Shown: positions 6,473 to 10,785 of the stretch, in pieces | How positions within the stretch are numbered: the first letter of the stretch is position 1 | How the letters are laid out: each line of letters begins with the position of its first letter | Source of the DNA: a virus | Taxonomy: Duplodnaviria; Heunggongvirae; Uroviricota; Caudoviricetes | IMG/VR virus record: IMGVR_UViG_3300029647_000054 | Coordinates: 1 to 10,785 of that record | DNA length: 10,785 nt | Direction: 5' to 3' (one strand) | The notes under the pieces: generated by a model | The model's database searches: none | What the model saw: only the letters and a program-made list of their open reading frames with translations | What the model was told of the DNA's origin: nothing | Program-made: the position numbers and the translations under genes

Positions 6473-6898
6473 TCAATGCACGACAACAGCATTACCAGGC
6501 TGACCACCACTGTTAGTCAGGGTGCCCCAGGCGATCGCCGCTGCGACAAAATCATCCACATCTTTCACCAGCCGATCCCTCCGTTCGACGATCTCACGGT
6601 AATATTCAGAGCTGTGACTGCGCATACGGGCCACCAGCAAAGGCGGCATCGCCTTTTCGATCGCCGGTAACAGAGCCTGCATTTTTTCAACAGCATCAGG
6701 GGTGTCTTTATCCAGCCAACGGAAAATTTTCTGGGTATTACGGGCCAGGGCTTCCGGATGGCTGTCGTCATACAGTTCCGGGAACGTCATTCCCAGCTCG
6801 AAATACGCTTTGGTAATTTTCGCAGCCGGTACTTTTTCGCCGTCCGGATGCGCCCAGACATTCATCGCCATGCGGATGTGTTCATGCTTGATTTTCAT
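6473..6898 (-). CDS. YdaT-like protein in the cII position (141 aa)
   Basis: Starts MKIKHEHI and ends VVVH as I recall for Rac YdaT; ATG overlaps the Cro-like gene's TGA (ATGA); family assignment from memory only. Confidence 0.55.
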   Translation of the reverse strand: MKIKHEHIRMAMNVWAHPDGEKVPAAKITKAYFELGMTFPELYDDSHPEALARNTQKIFRWLDKDTPDAVEKMQALLPAIEKAMPPLLVARMRSHSSEYYREIVERRDRLVKDVDDFVAAAIAWGTLTNSGGQPGNAVVVH

Positions 6899-7158
6899 GA
6901 ATCAACTCCCAGCGCGGGTTGTGTGTTAGCCTGATAGTCAACAGGTATGCCATCGGTTGGGTTGGGGTAAGTACTGCTATCAATCTCGTGCGGGGTCACT
7001 ACCCACCCTGTTGCTTCACACCAGCGTAAAACTTTCCCCCCCGTAAGTTTCGCCCGTCCAGTAATAACATGGCTTACCATCCCTTGGGTTACCCCAACAA
7101 TTTCAGCAAAATCTTTCTGGGTTATACGGGAATGATGCAAATATTCTCCAAGATTCAT
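6895..7158 (-). CDS. Cro-like HTH transcriptional regulator (YdaS/Cro family, 87 aa)
   Basis: HTH segment QKDFAEIVGVTQGMVSHVITG; divergent from the CI-like repressor across an operator-containing intergenic region; SD GAGGTG 4 nt before ATG. Confidence 0.75.
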   Translation of the reverse strand: MNLGEYLHHSRITQKDFAEIVGVTQGMVSHVITGRAKLTGGKVLRWCEATGWVVTPHEIDSSTYPNPTDGIPVDYQANTQPALGVDS

Positions 7159-7188
7159 TGTTCACCTCATGTTATGTGACCATGAATA

Positions 7189-7230
7189 TTAATAGCATTG
7201 TTATTTTTAAAAGTAAATAGCACTGCTATT
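7189..7230. promoter_or_regulatory. OR-like region: two 15-bp palindromic operators plus a PR-like promoter for the Cro-like gene
   Basis: Operators AATAGCATTGTTATT (7191-7205) and AATAGCACTGCTATT (7216-7230); on the minus strand TTTACT (-35, 7217-7212), 17-nt spacer, TATTAA (-10, 7194-7189). Confidence 0.65.
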
Positions 7231-7265
7231 TCAAAGAGATTAATAATCTTATTAGAATTGAAGGT

Positions 7266-7766
7266 ATGAAAAGAAAACCCCTGTCAGAGATCGACCTGCA
7301 AGCCGCCCAGAGACTGAAAGAAATCTGGACGACGAAAAAAACTCAACTTGGGTTAACCCAAGAGCGTGCGGCAGAAATTCTGGGTTTTTCGACACAAGGG
7401 GCAGTAAGCCATTATCTAAATGGTCAGACACCTTTAAATCTAGAGGCTGTTATCAAGTTCGCTGGGTTGCTACAAGTTCCGCCTGAGTCAATTAGACCAG
7501 ATATGGCAGACTTGTTACGAATTGTAAGGATGTACCCCCAAGAACTGCAGCAGGATAATGTTGTCGCTTTACCCGCAGAGATGGAACAATCGGAAAACGA
7601 ACTTCCGTTTAATATAGAACCTATAGAGCGAGATTTGATCCAGACGTTCAGGGCTTTCCCAAAAGAAGACAAAGAGAAAATGCTTAAGGAAATGAAGGAG
7701 AAAAAAGAATCAATTGAAGAAACCGTTGCGCGGTGGCTAGAGGCGCAAAAAGGTCTTCGCGCCTAA
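7266..7766 (+). CDS. paaR: CI-like HTH repressor, regulator of the three-component TA module (PaaR-like, 166 aa); no S24 peptidase domain
   Basis: N-terminal HTH (LGLTQERAAEILGFSTQGAVSHYLNG); divergent from Cro-like gene; directly upstream of antitoxin-toxin pair; C-terminus too short and lacks a LexA-like autocleavage domain. Confidence 0.75.
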   Translation: MKRKPLSEIDLQAAQRLKEIWTTKKTQLGLTQERAAEILGFSTQGAVSHYLNGQTPLNLEAVIKFAGLLQVPPESIRPDMADLLRIVRMYPQELQQDNVVALPAEMEQSENELPFNIEPIERDLIQTFRAFPKEDKEKMLKEMKEKKESIEETVARWLEAQKGLRA

Positions 7767-7783
7767 TCTGAGGAGGTTAGAAC

Positions 7784-7975
7784 ATGAGTACAGTCCTTTC
7801 CCCGATAATTTCAGAATTTGAAACAATCGAACAAGAAAACAGCTATAACGAATGGTTACGCACCAAAGTGGCAGCAAGCCTCGCAGACCCCCGTCCTGCA
7901 ATTCCGCATGACGAAGTAATGGCTGAAATGGAAAACCTTATTGCGCAAATAGCTTCGACGAACAGGAGTGAGTAA
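7784..7975 (+). CDS. paaA: PaaA-like antitoxin (63 aa)
   Basis: 63-aa acidic protein immediately upstream of and overlapping (TAATG) the ParE toxin gene; matches my recollection of the PaaA2 antitoxin from E. coli O157 paaR2-paaA2-parE2; SD GAGGAGG at 8 nt. Confidence 0.7.
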   Translation: MSTVLSPIISEFETIEQENSYNEWLRTKVAASLADPRPAIPHDEVMAEMENLIAQIASTNRSE

Positions 7976-8265
7976 TGCTGCCCATTTTATGGCTACCTTC
8001 TGCGCGTGATGATTTGCGTCAGATCGTAGCCTATATTGCCAAGGAAAACCCTCCCGCTGCACGTAGACTAAAAATACGCATTGAAACATCAGTTTTGTCA
8101 CTTACTGAACACCCTTACCTGTATCCACCAAGCGAAAGAGCCCTAGGCCTTCGTGAGATAGTGACCCATCCTAACTACATAATACTTTACCGAGTAACAG
8201 CATCTAACATCGAGATCGTAAATGTAGTTCACTCACGAAGGCAGTATCCAAACAAAAGCTGTTAA
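7975..8265 (+). CDS. parE: ParE/RelE-superfamily toxin (ParE-like, 96 aa)
   Basis: Typical ParE sequence features (LPILWLPSARDDLRQIVAYI...EHPYLYPPSE...REIV); start overlaps antitoxin stop by 1 nt. Confidence 0.8.
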   Translation: MLPILWLPSARDDLRQIVAYIAKENPPAARRLKIRIETSVLSLTEHPYLYPPSERALGLREIVTHPNYIILYRVTASNIEIVNVVHSRRQYPNKSC

Positions 8266-8280
8266 TCATTCCTACCAACA

Positions 8281-8304
8281 ACCACCTTCGGGTGGTTTTT
8301 TTTT
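8281..8304 (+). terminator. Rho-independent terminator after parE
   Basis: ACCACC-TTCG-GGTGGT hairpin followed by a run of nine T. Confidence 0.8.
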
Positions 8305-8320
8305 CTTACCTCCAAAAAAC

Positions 8321-8362
8321 AATAGCATTACTATTTACAGAATAAAATAGCAGTGCTATTGT
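8321..8362 (+). promoter_or_regulatory. OL-like region: two 15-bp palindromic operators plus a PL-like promoter driving the dicB-type operon
   Basis: Operators AATAGCATTACTATT (8321-8335) and AATAGCAGTGCTATT (8346-8360); TTTACA (-35, 8334-8339), 17-nt spacer, TATTGT (-10, 8357-8362); mirrors the OR architecture. Confidence 0.65.
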
Positions 8363-8538
8363 TTATTCATCACCCACCCTCCCCACAGAATGCAGGGCAA
8401 TACTTCGAGTTACCCGGCAGTGGTCAGGGGTTAAGTAGCCAGCCCGAGGCGTATGAACATGACGGCGGGAACACTTTGTATAACAGCGCAGCAGGTTTTT
8501 GTTCCGCTACCCCGGCGTTAAGGGGAAATGAGGTCAGC

Positions 8539-8691
8539 ATGGATACTATCGAGCTTGGCAACAGCGAATCTCTGGTATGCGGCGTGTTTCCCAACCAGGA
8601 CGGCACGTTTACCGCGATGACGTATACCAGAAGCAAAACGTTTAAAACGGAAGCTGGCGCGCGTCGCTGGTTAGCAAGAAGCTCTGACTGA
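8539..8691 (+). CDS. Small protein (50 aa), first gene of the PL-type operon; possibly YdfA/YdaF (DUF1391)-like
   Basis: ATG with SD GAGG at 5 nt; in frame with the track ORF whose GTG start lies inside the operator; family assignment is positional only. Confidence 0.4.
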   Translation: MDTIELGNSESLVCGVFPNQDGTFTAMTYTRSKTFKTEAGARRWLARSSD

Positions 8692-8789
8692 TGAAGGTTA
8701 GTAATTAAAGAGTTCTCCACAGGCGAAGTGGAATACGTTCGCAGGACACGGGTAAGCATTCGGCATGCTCTTTAACAATCTGGGTATTC

Positions 8790-9236
8790 CTAACCACAAA
8801 GGAATCGCATCAATTTGGATTTTGCAGACAGTTTCTCTTGTTGTTCTACGGAGATTCCTATTTTGATCTGGGTTTTTAAGATTGCGATATCTTTAAGCGA
8901 CGACCAAATATTATCATCTGTTTTTTCCAGGAGCTTTAACTGCATTTTCAATTCCGAATCGGAATATTTTTCTGCATCATCATAAAGCTGCAGATATTCT
9001 GCGGATTTTCTCATTGCGTTACCTGACTTTTGTCCGAATCCGTAAATCGTTTGAACGGTTGCTATCACAACAATGAGAACTCCAGAAACTTCAGGAATAA
9101 ATCCACCAATGACAGATGAACCGAGGATAATACTCACCACTGAGAAAAGTTTATCGAGACGACCAGTCGCTACAGAGAATAGTTGTTCAAGAAAATAACC
9201 ATATAAAACCCTGTCAAGAATATCATCCCGGTCCAT
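8790..9236 (-). CDS. AT-rich two-TM membrane protein with coiled-coil-like C-terminus (148 aa); candidate superinfection-exclusion (sieB-position) protein
   Basis: Opposite strand to the surrounding operon; SD AGGTG at 8 nt; hydrophobic segments LFSVVSIILGSSVIGGFI and VLIVVIATVQTIYGF; clearly lower GC than neighbours; function inferred from position. Confidence 0.55.
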   Translation of the reverse strand: MDRDDILDRVLYGYFLEQLFSVATGRLDKLFSVVSIILGSSVIGGFIPEVSGVLIVVIATVQTIYGFGQKSGNAMRKSAEYLQLYDDAEKYSDSELKMQLKLLEKTDDNIWSSLKDIAILKTQIKIGISVEQQEKLSAKSKLMRFLCG

Positions 9237-9295
9237 ATATCATCACCTGCTTGTTTGATTGTTGCTGTTCCCCCTCTCCTCTGAAGGAGCTGGAG

Positions 9296-9484
9296 ATGGT
9301 TTTGGTCGAATGTTTTTCTCAGGTATATGTTTCCTGGTATTCGGAATGTCCGCCCTGTCCGCAGGCTTACCAGTACCTGAACAATTCTTTTGAACCACCA
9401 TATAAAACACCTTCCTGTTGTTGGGGATATCCAGATTATACAGATTTCCTGTTATTGGGGAATGACGGAAACCACCTCGCCTGA
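9296..9484 (+). CDS. Small Cys-rich protein (62 aa), hypothetical
   Basis: ATG with SD GAAGGAG at 6 nt; six Cys including CPPCP and SCCW; preferred over the overlapping low-complexity minus-strand ORF. Confidence 0.4.
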   Translation: MVLVECFSQVYVSWYSECPPCPQAYQYLNNSFEPPYKTPSCCWGYPDYTDFLLLGNDGNHLA

Positions 9485-9699
9485 CGTGGTTAAAAGCAGG
9501 CACACAACACGAAAGCGCACGGCGAGATTCCTTTGCATATAAGGCTTGTCGTTAAATTTCTTCGACCGTGCACTTCCGGTTGTGGCAGTCCGCGAAATGG
9601 CGCGGCGGTAAGTATGGCTGGGGCTTCCTCCATTGCTCCAGAAAATGCACCGGGTCGTCAGGTTGACCATACGCTTAAGTGACAGCCCCGCCACAATAC

Positions 9700-9757
9700 C
9701 CATGTGTAGTATTTGGTGGCATCAGTTCTACTCCGTGACTGCTCTGCCACCCTTTTT
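9700..9757 (+). ncRNA. dicF: DicF-like small RNA (ftsZ-targeting sRNA family) with intrinsic terminator
   Basis: TTTGGTGGCATCAGTTCTACTCCGTGACTGCTCTGCCACCCTTTTT closely matches my recollection of K-12 DicF, with compensatory stem changes; sits directly upstream of dicB as in Qin. Confidence 0.7.
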
Positions 9758-9761
9758 AAAG

Positions 9762-9922
9762 TGAATTTTGTGATGCGGTGAATGCGGCTATGCGCACGCG
9801 GAACAGTTAAAACCGTAAAGTGGTCTTTTACGGGGCGTAACGGGCATCCTTCTGTATTCCGGCGTTAATTGTTAACTGGTTAACGTCACCTGGAGGCACC
9901 AGGCACCGCATCACAAAATTCA
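9762..9922 (+). repeat. Long-range 19-nt perfect inverted repeat (TGAATTTTGTGATGCGGTG at 9762-9780 and its reverse complement at 9904-9922) bracketing 123 nt between dicF and dicB
   Basis: Read directly; would form a 19-bp RNA duplex in the operon transcript. Confidence 0.7.
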
Positions 9923-9939
9923 TTGTTGAGGACGCGATA

Positions 9940-10128
9940 ATGGAAACGTTATTACCAAACGTTAATACGTCTGAAGGTTGTTTTGATATTGGTGTTCTGC
10001 TCAGTAACCGGGAGTTTACGGAAGATGCCATTAAGATGAGAAAATATGAACCTTATCTTCTCAATGATAATTCCATACTTTCCAGAATTGCCCTTCTTGA
10101 ACTTGGTATTATCGGAGAACAGCAGTGA
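9940..10128 (+). CDS. dicB: Cell division inhibitor DicB (62 aa)
   Basis: N-terminal 35 residues (METLLPNVNTSEGCFDIGV...FTEDAI) closely match K-12 DicB as recalled; C-terminus diverges; SD GAGGA at 7 nt. Confidence 0.85.
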   Translation: METLLPNVNTSEGCFDIGVLLSNREFTEDAIKMRKYEPYLLNDNSILSRIALLELGIIGEQQ

Positions 10129-10313
10129 CTTCAGCATTTGCACTGGTGATGACCGTTTTTCTTATAACGGGTGAGCCACAAAATGTGATTACCGGAATTT
10201 ATGACAGTAAGTCATCCTGCATTCAGGTAAGGGACGAACAAAAAATCCCCGGTGAATGCCTCCCGTTAAAAAAAGTATCGCTGAACCTGAATAACGAAAT
10301 ACCGGCTGGATAA
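10125..10313 (+). CDS. ydfD: YdfD-like small membrane/lysis protein (62 aa, GTG start)
   Basis: GTG overlaps the dicB stop (GTGA), SD GGAGAA at 5 nt; N-terminal hydrophobic helix; assignment by position in the dicB operon and size. Confidence 0.5.
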   Translation: MTSAFALVMTVFLITGEPQNVITGIYDSKSSCIQVRDEQKIPGECLPLKKVSLNLNNEIPAG

Positions 10314-10408
10314 CCCGCCAGCCATATTAACACCATACCAACGGATTAAAAATGCCAGCAATGGCAGGGATTCGTTCACCCTGAAATCTGTAATGAGGTT
10401 AAAACAAA

Positions 10409-10785
10409 ATGAGTAAAGTCTTTATTTGCGCCGCTATTCCTGACGAACTGGCAACAAGGGAAGAAGGCGCTGTGGCTGTAGCCACAGCCATTGAAGCTGG
10501 CGACGAACGCCGTGCTCGAGCAAAATTTCACTGGCAATTCCTGGAACATTATCCGGCTGCTCAGGACTGCGCTTATAAATTTATTGTCTGCGAGGATAAA
10601 CCCGGCATACCCCGCCCTGCCCTCGATTCATGGGATGCTGAATATATGCAGGAAAACCGCTGGGATGAGGAGTCTGCTTCCTTTGCCCCGGTTGAGACTG
10701 AATCAGATCCGATGAACGTCACTTTTGACAAGCTGGCCCCTGAAGTACAGAACGCTGTCATGGTTAAGTTCGACACATGTGAAAA
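10409..10785 (+). CDS. Partial CDS (runs off the window end, at least 125 aa), YdfE-position hypothetical protein
   Basis: ATG at 10409 with SD GAGG; open frame to the window end; not in the track because no stop is reached. Confidence 0.55.
   Translation, partial: MSKVFICAAIPDELATREEGAVAVATAIEAGDERRARAKFHWQFLEHYPAAQDCAYKFIVCEDKPGIPRPALDSWDAEYMQENRWDEESASFAPVETESDPMNVTFDKLAPEVQNAVMVKFDTCE

Noticed and set aside
6633-6640. Chi-like octamer (CCACCAGC on plus strand, i.e. GCTGGTGG on minus)
   Set aside because: Single occurrence, compatible with chance or host background; no evidence of functional significance
7266-7766. RecA-cleavable (LexA/S24-type) C-terminal domain in the repressor
   Set aside because: The protein is only 166 aa and the C-terminal half has no recognisable Ser-Lys dyad or S24 fold pattern
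8353-8538. N-terminal extension of the 112-aa track ORF (GTG start at 8353)
   Set aside because: That GTG lies inside the operator and -10 element, upstream of the probable transcription start; the internal ATG at 8539 has a proper SD
8751-8775. Possible bidirectional terminator between the convergent small gene and the membrane-protein gene
   Set aside because: Only a 5-bp stem (AGCAT/ATGCT) with a weak T-run; not convincing without folding energies
9243-9503. 86-aa minus-strand ORF overlapping the Cys-rich plus-strand ORF
   Set aside because: Low-complexity, Arg/Pro/Asn-rich product, no convincing RBS; the plus-strand ORF has a consensus SD and fits the operon direction
9828-10031. 67-aa minus-strand ORF antisense to the dicB leader and start
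   Set aside because: Overlaps the well-supported dicB gene and the inverted-repeat leader; no RBS; likely chance ORF

Overview
This window reads as the early/immunity region of a lambdoid prophage of the Qin/Rac type from an Escherichia-like host. All calls rest on reading the sequence and recalling protein families from memory; no database search or folding was run. Layout: the minus strand carries one densely packed rightward-type operon (translationally coupled GTGA/ATGA junctions) running from a Cro-like gene (6895-7158) through a YdaT-like gene, lambda O-like and P-like replication genes, a nin-like block (HTH proteins, DUF4406-like, Ea22-like, a ClpX zinc-finger-like protein, DUF551), two small hydrophobic ORFs, and ending at a hok/mok type I toxin locus (140-352). 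The plus strand carries a CI-like repressor co-transcribed with a ParE-type toxin-antitoxin pair (paaR-paaA-parE-like, 7266-8265), a terminator, a second operator pair with a PL-like promoter, then a dicB-type cassette (small ORFs, DicF-like sRNA, dicB, ydfD-like, partial ydfE-position ORF). Two pairs of 15-bp palindromic operators (AATAGCA-N-TGCTATT) flank the repressor-TA module. The two candidates I rate highest as possibly undescribed are an AT-rich opposite-strand membrane protein in the sieB position (8790-9236) and a standalone ClpX zinc-binding-domain homolog (2161-2484). Several track ORF starts are GTG/TTG; I re-derived starts from SD spacing where stated. Non-ORF coordinates may be off by 1-2 nt.
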